From an uncultured bacterium (lineage in GTDB: Bacteria > Acidobacteriota > Thermoanaerobaculia > Multivoradales > JAHZIX01), in assembly GCA_965368975.1 (NCBI GenBank), contig CBDUPA010000014.1, positions 130,195 to 194,194 on the forward strand: a stretch of DNA of 64,000 nt, read 5' to 3'. Positions 8,901-18,800 of this stretch are shown one piece after another (position 1 is the first letter of the stretch; the number at the start of each line of letters is the position of its first letter). The notes beneath the pieces are model-generated. The model was not told the origin of the DNA. It was given only the letters and a program-made list of their open reading frames with translations, and did not search any database. The position numbers and the translations under genes were made by a program.

Positions 8901-11900
8901 AGAACGGGTGCGGGGGCCATGATCTGGACGTTGGCCTCGGCCGCGGACACGGACGACATGGGGGCCTCCTGCTCCTGGTTCGACAAGCTAGCCACGGGCG
9001 GCCAGTGGGCGGGGAAGGTGAGACGATGCTGGGGCAAGGCGGCGGCGGTCGGCAGGGTCAAGGCGCTCAGGGCCAAGGCGCTCAGGGTCAAGGCACTGTA
9101 GTCGCCCGCGACGCCGGCGGCCAGGAGTTGCGCGGCGGCCTCGACGGTGGCACGCAGGCCGCGGGCGCCATCACTGGTGGATGCGCGGGCGGACAAACGC
9201 CGACGGTCGAGCGGCACGGCGAGGAAGGACTCCTCGGGCACGCCGTCGGCGAGCAGGGTCTTGCGAATCCAGCTGCTGCACAGGCCGCGCGGGCCGTGCT
9301 CCAGGAAGACGCGCACACCGTCTGCATAGGCTCGGCGCACGACGCGGCGGAAGTCGAGGGTGTCGGCGGCCTGGGCCAGGATCGCCTGGGCGGCGCTTTC
9401 GCGATCGGGACGGTAGGGGGCGGCCTTGGCTCCCGAGTACAGGCGCACCGCTGCGCCGTCCCGCTCCAGCGCCTCGGGCCGCGTCGGCAGGCGGTGCAAG
9501 TCGAGCCAGGCATCGGCGACGTCGCGCACTTGCGGGCAGTGGACGACCATGCGGTAGTCGAGCGGCACGCCGGTGACGTCCAGGGCGTCGAGGACGCGGC
9601 GGCAAGCGGCTTGATCGCCACCGAGAACAGCATCCTCGGGACTGCTGATCAGCGTCAGGTGGACCAGGCCACCCTGCGCCACTTCGGTCTCGACGGCGGC
9701 CCGCACGGCGTCGACGGGCGCGCTCAGCTGGTAGTTCATCCAGTGGATGGTCTGCTCACCGTCCTTGACGGGCGTCAGCACGCGGCACTCGCCGCACAGG
9801 TCGCGGCTCAGCAGCTCGCCGGCTTCGCTGGCCAGCACCAGCTGGTCGACGTCCGGCCAGACGCCCGTCGCGACCAGGGAGTTGGTCTCACCCGAGGAGT
9901 AGCCGAGTACGGCGTCGGGCTGCAGGCCGAGCAGGCCACGGCTCAGTTCGGTGTGCAGCTGACACAGGAATGAGGTACCCCAGAGCAGCTGCAAGGGATC
10001 GGGGGCTTCCTCCGTCTGCCCGTAGACCCAGGCTGCCGCGCGGGGCAGTTCGCGGCTGCGAGCTTCGAGGCGGTCGAGCAAGGATGGGAACGTCGCGAGC
10101 AACCCGGCGCCCATCTCGGGGTAGGCCGCGCCGCCACCGGTGTAGACGAAGGCGAGTTGGCCAGCGTCAGAATCGTCTTGCCCAACCAGGGAACCCTGCC
10201 CGACCAGGGGTCGCTCGCGGAAGGCCATACCGGCTGGCAAACGACCGGTACCTTGTTGCAACCAGGAGGCCGCCTGGCTGCGCCGCGTGGCAAGGTCGTC
10301 TTCACTGTCGGCGACCAGCACCAGGCGGGCAGGGTCATTCGTCGTCACGGCGGCTCGCTGATCGCGCTGCAGCCGCTGGAGGACTTCGCCGCGATCGGTA
10401 CCGCTGTAGAGCACCAGACCTGGACGCACTCCGGACGGTGTCGCTCCGAACGGTGTTGCTCCGAACGGTGTTGCTCCGAACGGTGGCGCCCCGTCCGCGG
10501 CCTGGAGCTGGACGGTCCCGGAGGCACCCGTCAGGGCTTCGACACGCACCTCGGCGATTCGGCTCCGCGCGCCGGACGGCAGCAGCCATGGACGCCCAAC
10601 CTTCGAATGCCCGGCCGCACCGCCGAAACACCTTCGACGGTGCAGCGCCTGGACGGCCGCCGCGACCTGCAACAGACCGGAAGCGGCATGGGCGTGTCCA
10701 AAGCGAGCGGTTACGGCGTCTGTATCGGAGTCGGTACCGAGTGTGAACCGCGCTATATCGTGCTCTATCGCAGGCTCCCCCACCTCGTGGCTTCCGAGCA
10801 CGGCCAGCACCGGCTCACCCAGCCGGCGGGCATCGGCCAGGCGCCGCAACACCAGCACGACGGCGGCATCTCCTCCTCGACGCGGACTTCCAGCCGGCAA
10901 CAGAGCCTCGAGCACCGCTTGTTGCACCGGCTCGCCGGCCACCACGTCGACGGCACCGACGACCGCGGCGTCCAGCTCACCGTGACGCAGCGCCTGCGCC
11001 GCCACGCGTAGCGCTTCGATACCGGAGAGTTCTTCCGCCGCCACCACCGCGCTGCCGCCGCGCAGGTCGAACTGCTGGTTGAGCCGGTTGGCGGGGATGT
11101 TCGGCATCGTGCCGACGACACCGGCGGCATGCAGCTCGGGCACGGCCGCCAAGCATCCTGGATGCTCGTGACCGTGACGCCAGCGCAGGCCATAGCGCGC
11201 GATCTCGGCATCCACCTGCAGACCGACCAGCACGCCCGTCCTGTCGGGTGGCAACTCCAGACCGCCCCCGCTCGCCTCGGCATTGCCATCCAGCAACCGC
11301 CGGGCCGCCTGCAACAAGAGCAGCTGCTGCGGTAGCGCTTGTTCGAGGTCGCGCGGCGGGAAGCGCAGACCGGCGAGCTCGAGCTCGACCTGCTGTCGAG
11401 CCGGCAGTCTGTCTGGTGGGGGGGCTTCGAGCGCAGCCACGAAGTCGTCGACGCCGCGTCCCTCTCCCGCCAGCACCTCGAGCGCGACGATGGCGACGGG
11501 CTCCGATGTGGCAGTGACGGGTACCTGGTCCGGCGGCCGCAATGGCGCCTTCAGACGGGGCGGTGCCTTCGGCCGGTACTCCTCCACCAGCAAGTGAGCA
11601 TTGTTGCCACCGAAGCCGAAGGCGCTGAGCGCCGCCAGGCGGGGCGCGTCCTGCTCGGGCCAGGGCTCGGGCTCGCTGAGCAGACGGAAGGGCGTACCGT
11701 CAAAAGCCGGGGTCGGATCGTCAGCGGCGTGCAAGCTGGGCGGCCGCGTGCCGTGCTCGAGGGCACCGAGCACCTTGAGCAGGCCGGCCATGCCGGCGAC
11801 GGTGATCAGGTGACCGAGGTTGGACTTGAGCGAGCCGAGAGCAATGGGTTCGACCGCGGAACCAGCGCCATCGCGCGTGTAGACGGCGGCCAGCGACTGC

Positions 11901-12877
11901 AGTTCGGTGGCGTCGCCGACGCGGGTGCCGGTGGCATGGCACTCGATCAACGACACGTGCGCGGGCGTGCGACCAGCCGTGGCGTAGGCGGCATGTAGGG
12001 CGCGCTGCTGACCTTCTGTCGACGGCGCTAGCAAGCCACGGCCGCGCCCGTCGTTGGACAGGCCAATGCCGCGCAGCACGCCCAAGATCGGGCGCCCGGC
12101 GGCGATGGCGTCGTCGAGTCGCTGCAATACGACGCAGGCAGCCCCCTCGGCGGGCAGCAGGCCGTCGGCATCCCGGTGGAACGGTCGGCTCTGGCCGCTC
12201 GGGCTGAGCGCCTCGAGGGCGGTAAAGCCGATGTGCAGGAAGAGGTCGTCGGCACAGGAGACGGCACCCGCCAGCATGATGTCGGCACTGCCCTCGCGCA
12301 GGCGGCGGCAGGCGAATTCGAGTGCGTAGAGCGAGGAGGCGCAGGCCGCGTCAAGGCAGAAAGCACCGGCACCAAGACCCAGGATGTCGGCGAGCAGGTG
12401 CGCGGGCAAGCCGGCGCTGCAACGGTCGCGCGCGTCGAGGTGCGAGGTGTCTTTGCCGCGCCAGACGGCCTCGGCGAATCGGCTGGCACCTAGCGTCGGG
12501 AACATCAGATTGCCGAAGACAGCTCCGGTACGCGTTCCCGCGGTTCCGCTCACGCCGACCTCAGCGGCCTCCACACCCGCCTCCTCCAGCGCCTGACGGG
12601 CGGCGCGCAACAACCAGTGAAAGAGTGGGTCGAGCCCGTCGACCGCCGGCTCGTGCACCGTCTCGTGGATGTACCCGCCGCGATCGTGCCAGGCACGGTC
12701 CCGCAGGGATGGCTTGTCTCCACCGACACGTGAGGGCAAGACGCGCTCGGGGTCGAGCCCCCAGCGGCCCGCCGGCGCCTGGCTCACCAGGTCTCGGCCG
12801 GCAGCAACGGCTTGCCACAGCGCGGCCGGGTCCGGCGCACCGGGCAGCACGCAGCCACGGCCGACGATGGCAATCAT
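5918..12877 (-). CDS. PUFA-synthase-like subunit, fused PfaB/C (Pfa3-type): KS-CLF-AT-4x FabA-like DH
   Basis: KS triad DAACASS / ECHATGT / NLGHL; a second KS-like domain without the Cys (CLF); AT GYSSGE; active DH motifs GHFKNDPCMPG and HFYQDPVQPG alternate with pseudo-DH domains. No C-terminal AGPAT. Confidence 0.9.
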   Translation of the reverse strand: MIAIVGRGCVLPGAPDPAALWQAVAAGRDLVSQAPAGRWGLDPERVLPSRVGGDKPSLRDRAWHDRGGYIHETVHEPAVDGLDPLFHWLLRAARQALEEAGVEAAEVGVSGTAGTRTGAVFGNLMFPTLGASRFAEAVWRGKDTSHLDARDRCSAGLPAHLLADILGLGAGAFCLDAACASSLYALEFACRRLREGSADIMLAGAVSCADDLFLHIGFTALEALSPSGQSRPFHRDADGLLPAEGAACVVLQRLDDAIAAGRPILGVLRGIGLSNDGRGRGLLAPSTEGQQRALHAAYATAGRTPAHVSLIECHATGTRVGDATELQSLAAVYTRDGAGSAVEPIALGSLKSNLGHLITVAGMAGLLKVLGALEHGTRPPSLHAADDPTPAFDGTPFRLLSEPEPWPEQDAPRLAALSAFGFGGNNAHLLVEEYRPKAPPRLKAPLRPPDQVPVTATSEPVAIVALEVLAGEGRGVDDFVAALEAPPPDRLPARQQVELELAGLRFPPRDLEQALPQQLLLLQAARRLLDGNAEASGGGLELPPDRTGVLVGLQVDAEIARYGLRWRHGHEHPGCLAAVPELHAAGVVGTMPNIPANRLNQQFDLRGGSAVVAAEELSGIEALRVAAQALRHGELDAAVVGAVDVVAGEPVQQAVLEALLPAGSPRRGGDAAVVLVLRRLADARRLGEPVLAVLGSHEVGEPAIEHDIARFTLGTDSDTDAVTARFGHAHAASGLLQVAAAVQALHRRRCFGGAAGHSKVGRPWLLPSGARSRIAEVRVEALTGASGTVQLQAADGAPPFGATPFGATPFGATPSGVRPGLVLYSGTDRGEVLQRLQRDQRAAVTTNDPARLVLVADSEDDLATRRSQAASWLQQGTGRLPAGMAFRERPLVGQGSLVGQDDSDAGQLAFVYTGGGAAYPEMGAGLLATFPSLLDRLEARSRELPRAAAWVYGQTEEAPDPLQLLWGTSFLCQLHTELSRGLLGLQPDAVLGYSSGETNSLVATGVWPDVDQLVLASEAGELLSRDLCGECRVLTPVKDGEQTIHWMNYQLSAPVDAVRAAVETEVAQGGLVHLTLISSPEDAVLGGDQAACRRVLDALDVTGVPLDYRMVVHCPQVRDVADAWLDLHRLPTRPEALERDGAAVRLYSGAKAAPYRPDRESAAQAILAQAADTLDFRRVVRRAYADGVRVFLEHGPRGLCSSWIRKTLLADGVPEESFLAVPLDRRRLSARASTSDGARGLRATVEAAAQLLAAGVAGDYSALTLSALALSALTLPTAAALPQHRLTFPAHWPPVASLSNQEQEAPMSSVSAAEANVQIMAPAPVLPPVLGEVPAEYRGAALPQKVLPREVLPQEVPAEYRPQPNPTSPHLDELQHLQASIARAQQEFLAQQSQLHERFLAVQQGMLAGMLGAEAERMPHAEPPIRPGHSQWGAPAQSSDPHAGKEIPPWVPSGVAASDPQTTPPSIGPVDPAVPPPRGPAFDRAQLLELASGRISTVFGDLFRRQDAYPRQVRLPEPPFLLVDRITGIDAEAGSMGTGTIWTETDVREDSWYLHDGRMPAGLMIEAGQADLTLISWLGVDFLNQGERVYRLLGCDLTYHGRPPAVGETLAYDIHIDGHAKQGDVRLFFFHYDCRIDGARRLSVRGGQAGFFTDQELADSGGLLWDASTDTPSPETYTPPVPCVEAALIPRQLSKDQLLDFARGRGAAALGSAYARAATHVRTPSIPAPPLLLLDRVTDLDIQGGPWGRGYLRAELDIGDGDSWIFDGHFKNDPCMPGTVMFEGCLNTMALVLAALGYTLDRDGWRFEPVPEVAYPLRCRGQVIPTSKQLVYEVFVHQVDIVDPSNPQCGPTLWADLLCTVDGLKAFHGRRVGLRLVPDQPLSSAPERLHTAVALPPTARPPVTVRPGQSDAHTFDGAALLASAWGAPSAAFGAPFIRFDAADRRTPRLPGPPYHCLSRVVEIDGEQGTLDPSAGLRQRYAATLDYDLPHARAERLFPEDDFVPEGGTGALPFALLMETGLQPCGWLASYVGSTLHSSENLHFRNLDGTGTVHAELRAGEDPRSTQGTVSTRTELVGVARSGSSIIERFDVRMERDTANGKEPVFTMQTAFGFFPAAALADQAGLPTTDAQRARLELPADADGGDPAFASLDLTREPEGWFVNDEGGGAGLARGRLRLLDRVTGWWPQGGDAGLGRARAEFDVDPTAWFFAAHFYQDPVQPGSLGLEALLQLLRFAVVAGTGGKGLEERRFQAPAIGREFSWKYRGQVLPHNRKVVVEVEVTEVAEDGTLTVADASLWVDGKRIYEASGLAVRWVPVRS
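8505..8597. repeat. Degenerate REP-like element in frame within the PKS linker
   Basis: The 16-mer GATGCGGCTACGCCGC is identical to 5822-5837. GGATCCnnnCTCTGnGnAGGGGC matches 5855-5877, and GGCAC...GTGCCC arms are present. Confidence 0.55.
10436..10485. repeat. 15-bp tandem repeat (about 3.3 copies) encoding (PFGAT)3
   Basis: The unit CGGTGTYGCTCCGAA is repeated in the CLF-AT linker. Confidence 0.85.
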
Positions 12878-15800
12878 TGACTGCTGGCAGAAGCGGCGAG
12901 CGCGGCCAGCGGTGAGCCGGTTCCTTCGCCCGAACCCTCAGCCGTGGAGCGGCGCTCGTCGCGGTCACCGGAGTCCGGCGTCGAACTCGCGGCGACATCC
13001 GGGCGACGGTGGATCGAGACGCCGCGCAGCTCGACGGCCAACTCACCAGTCTCGGTGCTGAGAAAAACGTCGCAGCGCAGGTGGTCGTTGCCCAGCTGGC
13101 GCGCGTGCACGACCGCGCGCAGCGGTCCGGCCACCGGCAGCTCGCCATACAGGCGCCAGGTATCGACAGCGGTCGGTAGCGAGGCGCCACCCAGCTTGCG
13201 CTCGAAGGCGAGCACGGCCAGTTGCAGTGCGCCATCGAGGGTGCCGGGATCGGCGCCGGCGCGCGCGCTCGGGTACCAGCCCAGCTCGGCGCCAGTGGTC
13301 AGGCGCGCGGCCAGGCCGAGGCCGTCGTGCCCCTCGGTGGCGACACCGTCGAGCTGCTGCAGCACCTGGAAAGCCGGACCGTGGAACAGCACATCGCCGT
13401 CGTAGAAAGGCTCACGATCCCACGGTTCGAGACCAGCGGGTGCCGGCGGCGCGGCCGGATAGTGCGGTGGCCGCGGTGCCATCTCGGCAGTGGCACGGTA
13501 GCGTGCATGGCCAGCGGCGTCGGTCAGCTCGAGCGCCAGGCGCGATTCGGGACCGTTGGAGATCAGGCGTGCCGCCAGGCGCAGGCGCTCGCCGCGACCA
13601 CCGTCGTAGTCGTCCAGCCGGACACCCCGTAGCACCTGCAGATCCTGGCAAGCTGCCAGCACCAGACTCGGGCAGCAGGCTTCGGCCAGGTGGCGGAACC
13701 AGTGCAGCACGACCGCCACCGGCAGCACCGCGGTACCGTCCAGGCGGTGGTCACTCAGGTAGTCATGACGGCGGGCGCTGAGCCAGACATCCAGACTCCA
13801 GCGGCGCGGCGACTCGGCGCCGACCAGCGGTGCCAGACGCGGCTCGCCGCCGATCACCACTTCGACGTCCGTGCCGCGCGTCAGTTCGTCAGCCAGGCGT
13901 CGGGCCCCTTCGTCGAGCGGAATCAGAGGCACGCCCTGTTCGGCGAAACGAGCGCTCAGTTCCGCTGTCACCATGCCGCCCTGCCAGGGCCCCCAGCCGA
14001 CCGCCAGCACCCGGCACGCTGGGCCGTCGGTGGAGTTGTGCGAGCGGCGGGCGGCCTCGGCGTGGGCAACCTTGTTGAGAACTTCGTTGGCCATCGCGTA
14101 GTCGGCCTGCCCGCGGTTGCCGCAGCGGCCAGCGACCGAGGAGAAGAGGCACAGCAGGCGTAGCGGATCTCCGGCAGTGGCGTCGAGCAGGGTGCGCAGA
14201 CCGCCGACCTTGGTACCGTAGACGCGCGCCACCTGCTCGGGGGTTTTGTCGGCGATGAACTTGTCGGCCAGCACGCCAGCCGCGTGTACGACGCCGGTGA
14301 TCGGGCCCCAGTCGCGGCGCAGCTCGGCGAGCGCGGCACCAACGGCGAGCGCATCCTGGACGTCGACCGCCAGGTAGCGCGGACGCGCCCCGGTCGCTTC
14401 GAGGGCGGCGAGCGTCGCCCGCACTTCGCGGCCGGCGAGCAGCCGGCTGACCGCACGACCCAGCTCAGCCGGGGTCGGCGTCTCACCACGGTTACGGGCG
14501 TCGTCGAGCAGGGCTCGCTTGAGGGCCGTTTCCGCCTCGGGCCCCGTTGCAGCGACAGCAGCCGCGGCGGCCGGTTCCTCGGCCAGCGGTGTGCGACCGA
14601 GCAACGCCAGGCGCAGACCCGGTGCACGCCGCGCCAGTTCCAGCACGCAGGCCGCGGTAACACCGCGCGCGCCACCGGAGACCACCAAGACATCATTGCC
14701 ATTCAAGGGCGGTAGCGCGTCCGTGCCAGCGGTCTGCGGTAGAGCCTCGGCGGCACTGACCACCACACGACGGCAGCCATCGGCGGACAAGGCAACTTCG
14801 GTGTGCGCGCCACCAGCCAGCAGTTCGTCGGCCAGCACGCGTGCCACGGCCGCGGCGGAGCGACCACCGCGCTGCAGATCGATCACCTTGACGGCGACCC
14901 CCGGCCATTCCTGAGCCGCGGTCTTGGCCAGGCCCGAAAGCCCCGCCAACCAGGCGCCCGAGAGGCCCACTGACCGGCTGCTCTCCGCGGCCTCGGCATC
15001 GAGCAGAAAGCTCCCCCCCGTGTCCTGCACCGTGACAAAGACGCCCTCGGCTTCCTGGCGGTCGTCACCCGCGGCGTCCTGGCGCTGGCGCGCGAAGGCA
15101 CGCGCGGCCTCGAAAGCGGCATAGGCAACACGGTCCGAGTCTGCACTGTCGGTCGGATCGACCAGGCCGCCCAGAAAGATCAGGGAAGCGGCCGACGCGG
15201 GCACGTGCTCGCTGACCACCACGTCCAGTCCTTGTTCGGCCAGCTCGGCGGCCAGCGCGTCGCCGATACCGGAGCCGGCGTCCAGGATGGCGATCAGCCC
15301 GGCGGCCAGCCCGGCCGGGGCAACCCCGACAGCTGGCCGTTCCTGCAGCCGTGGCACGAAGCGTCCCAGGGGTGCCGCTTCTCTTGCTGGCGGCTCCACC
15401 GGCCGAGACGGCGCGGCCTCGATCTCCTGGGTCGCGGGAAGTGCGGGTGTGATTTCAGGCAGTGCGGCTTGCTGTTGGGCAACGGCGCCAGTCCCGGCGG
15501 GCGCACCACCGAGACGGTCCACGATCTGACCCAACGTGTGCAGCGCACCCAGTTCGGCGGCCTCCAGCTCCGGCAGCTCGGGCGCTCGCTCGCGCAGCGC
15601 CGACAGGATTTCGACCCGCTTGATCGAGTCGATGCCGAGGTCCGCTTCCAGGTCCATCTCGGCGCTCAGCATCTCCGCCGGATAGCCCGTCTTCTCCGCC
15701 ACCACGTCGAGCACTAGGGGCTCGAGGTCTGGCGCGGCCGTCGAGCGCGCGCCGATAGTGTGGGCGGGAGTTGCCGCCACCGGGGATTCTTCCGTGGCCG

Positions 15801-18800
15801 TGGGCGCTCCCAGGCGCTCGGTGATCTGGCCCAGCGTGTGCAGCGCACCCAGTTCGGCGGCCTCCAGCTCCGGCAGCTCGGGCGCCCGCTCGCGCAGCGC
15901 CGACAAGATCTCGACCCGCTTGATCGAGTCGATGCCGAGGTCCGCTTCCAGGTCCATCTCGGCGCTCAGCATCTCCGCCGGATAGCCCGTCTTCTCCGCT
16001 ACCACGTCGAGCACCAGGGCGCCGACATCGACGGAGCTAGCAACCCTGGGCTGCGATACGGGAGCAGCAACCGGCTCTGGCGCTGGAGGTTCGGACGGCA
16101 GGGTGGGCTGCACGGATGGTGAAGTCGCGCCTGGGACCTGCGCAGGAGCGCCAGGCTGAGGTGCAGCCGGCTGGGACACTACTGCCGGCTGGGACACTGC
16201 GAGCTGGGGTGTCGCGAGCTGGGACGATGCCGGCTGACCGCTCAGCATCGTCGTCAGGTTCTGGAACGAAGCTTCAGCGGTACGCAGAAAGGCCATCTGC
16301 GTGTCAGCCATGGTGCGCTGGAAGGCGCTGTGGGTCTCCACCATCTGGCGCTGTGCTTCCTGGTAGACGCGCATCCAGTCACTGCCGGCAGCGGCGGACG
16401 GAGCCGCGGCGGGGCCGGCTGGAGCGGTAGCAGGCTTGGTCGGGATTTCAGACATGGAATTCGACTCGCTCTCCGGGCCCCGAGTCGCGGTCGCGGCGGG
16501 CCCAGCTGGAAGGACGGGTGCTTCGAGGGAAACTGCTGGTTGAACTGCTGGTTGGACGGGTGAGATCGCGGGCTGCTCTTCGGGATTGGGCCCGGGCAAC
16601 TCGGCGGCGCCGCCGGGCGGCGGGTAGGGGCGGCCATAGTTGCTGCCGCGGATCGACAGGGTCATCTTGGGCCGCGGGCGTTGGTGTGGATCTTCCGGCA
16701 CCCGGAAGCCCTGCCACAGGGCCGCGAAGTCGAGACGCCGGCCGGACGCGGCGAGGCGTCCCAGGGCGTGCCACAAGCCGGCCAAGCCACCATTGCTCTT
16801 GCGCTCCAGGCTCACCGCCAGGTGCGGACGCTCGCCCAGGCACTTACGCACCAACTGCGTCAGTACGCTGCCGGGGCCCACCTCGACGAAGGTGCGCACG
16901 CCGCGTGCGTACAGCGCTTCGACCTGCTCGACGAAGAGCACCGGCCGGCTCAGTTGCTCGGCCAGGCGGGTGCGCACGGCGTCCGCCGCCTGCGGGTAGG
17001 GCTGGGCGTCGGCGTTGGCGATCACCGGCAGCCGCGGCGGCTGCATCTCGACGCGGCTCAGGAAGTCGGCGAAGGGGCGCGACGAGCTACTGACGTGCGG
17101 GGAGTGGAAGGCGGTGTGGACGTCGAGCTTCTTGACCTTCAGGCCATCTTCTTTCAAGCGACCGGCGATCGAATCGATGGCGCTCTCGGGACCGGACAGC
17201 ACGACCTGCCGCGGCGCATTGTGGTTGGCAATCGACAGCTCGATGAACTCGGGAGCTTCGAGTAGCGGTCGCAAGTCCTCGGGCGAGGCTGCCACGGCCA
17301 GCATGGCCCCCGGCTCACCACCAGCAGCAGCACCCGCACCGTTCGTTGCCCGTGCGGCGGCCTCGGTCATCAGTTCACCGCGGCGCCGAGCGACGCGCAG
17401 GGCACTGGCGGCATCGAGCACGCCAGCGGCGGCCAGCGCGGTCACTTCGCCGAAGCTGTGACCGGCGACGCAGTCGGGCTCGAGCCCCAGGCGCCGCAAC
17501 AAGGCCAGTTGCGCCAGGCTAGCGGCTCCCAGCGCCGGCTGGGCCCAGTGCGTCTCGGTAAGACGCGCTTCCTGGGCCGCGCGCTGCGGGTCCTCGCCTG
17601 TCGGCAAGGGGAAGGTCGGCGGCGGGAAGACGACGCGCGACAATTCGGGCTGCACATCGGCAGCCAGGTCCCAGACCTCGCGCGCGCCGTCGAAGTTGGC
17701 GGCCAGCTCGGCACCCATGTGCAAGCGCTGACTGCCCTGGCCAGGGAAGAGGAAAGCCAGTTCGTCGACGGCGCCGTCGGTAGCGGAACTGGCATCGGAG
17801 CCGTAGACCCCTCCGCCAAAAACACCGTGCTCTGGCCTATCACCGCCTTCCAGCCGGCCGGCGGCACGCTCCAACTTGTCGGCCAACTCGGCGGCATCCG
17901 TCGTTACCACGGCCAAGCGCTGGTGCCGGCTCCAGGCGGCGTCGCCGGCGGCCGCGATCTGCGTCGAGTGCGCCAACCAGGCGAGCCAGCTCTGCCCTGC
18001 GGCCAGGTCACCGACGACGGGATCGGCCACGGCTCGCCGAGCCTCCTGCGCCAGCCGACGGCAACGTCTGGCCAGCGACGGTACGTCCTCGGCGCTCAGC
18101 AGCAGCAGCTCCGTGCCGACCGGGCGGAAGCGTGGTGCCGCATGCGCTCCTCGGTACTCTTCGAGCGTCAGGTGGAAGTTGGAACCACCGAAGCCAAAGG
18201 CACTCACCCCCGCCCGTCGCGGATGGTCACCACCACGAATCCACGGCCGTGGGCTCTCTGTTGTCGAGGACGAGCCGGCCACGTTGAGGTAGAAGGGGCT
18301 GGCGTCGAGTTCGAGCTTGGGGTTGGGACGATCGATCTTGATACCGCCCGGCAGCACCTTGTGGTGCAGCGCCATGATCACCTTGAACAGGCCGGCGGCA
18401 CCCGCCGCGGCCTTGGTGTGCCCCACCTGCGATTTGACGGAACCGAGTGCGCACCAGGGCGCCAAAGTCCCCGCGGTCGCCGTCGCATCGGCAGCCTCGC
18501 CGAAGACGAGCTTCAGTCCCGCGACTTCGGCGGCGTCGCCCGCCTTGGTGCCGGTGCCGTGCGCTTCCACCAGTTCCACCGTCTCGGGGCCGTATCCAGC
18601 GCGCTCGTAGGCGCGGCGCACGGCACGCGCCTGGCCTTCGGGCAGCGGTGCATAGACACTCTTGGCCCGACCGTCCGACGACGAGCCGATGCCGCGTAGC
18701 ACGGCGTAGATGCGGTCGCCATCACGCTCGGCGTCTTCGAGCCGCTTGAGCGCCACCATGCCGAGCCCCTCGCCCAGCAGCGTGCCGTCGGCGCGGTCCG

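Noticed and set aside
10436-10485. Short repeats as a possible CRISPR array
   Set aside because: They are contiguous 15-bp units without spacers, lie in frame within a CDS, and no cas genes are present.
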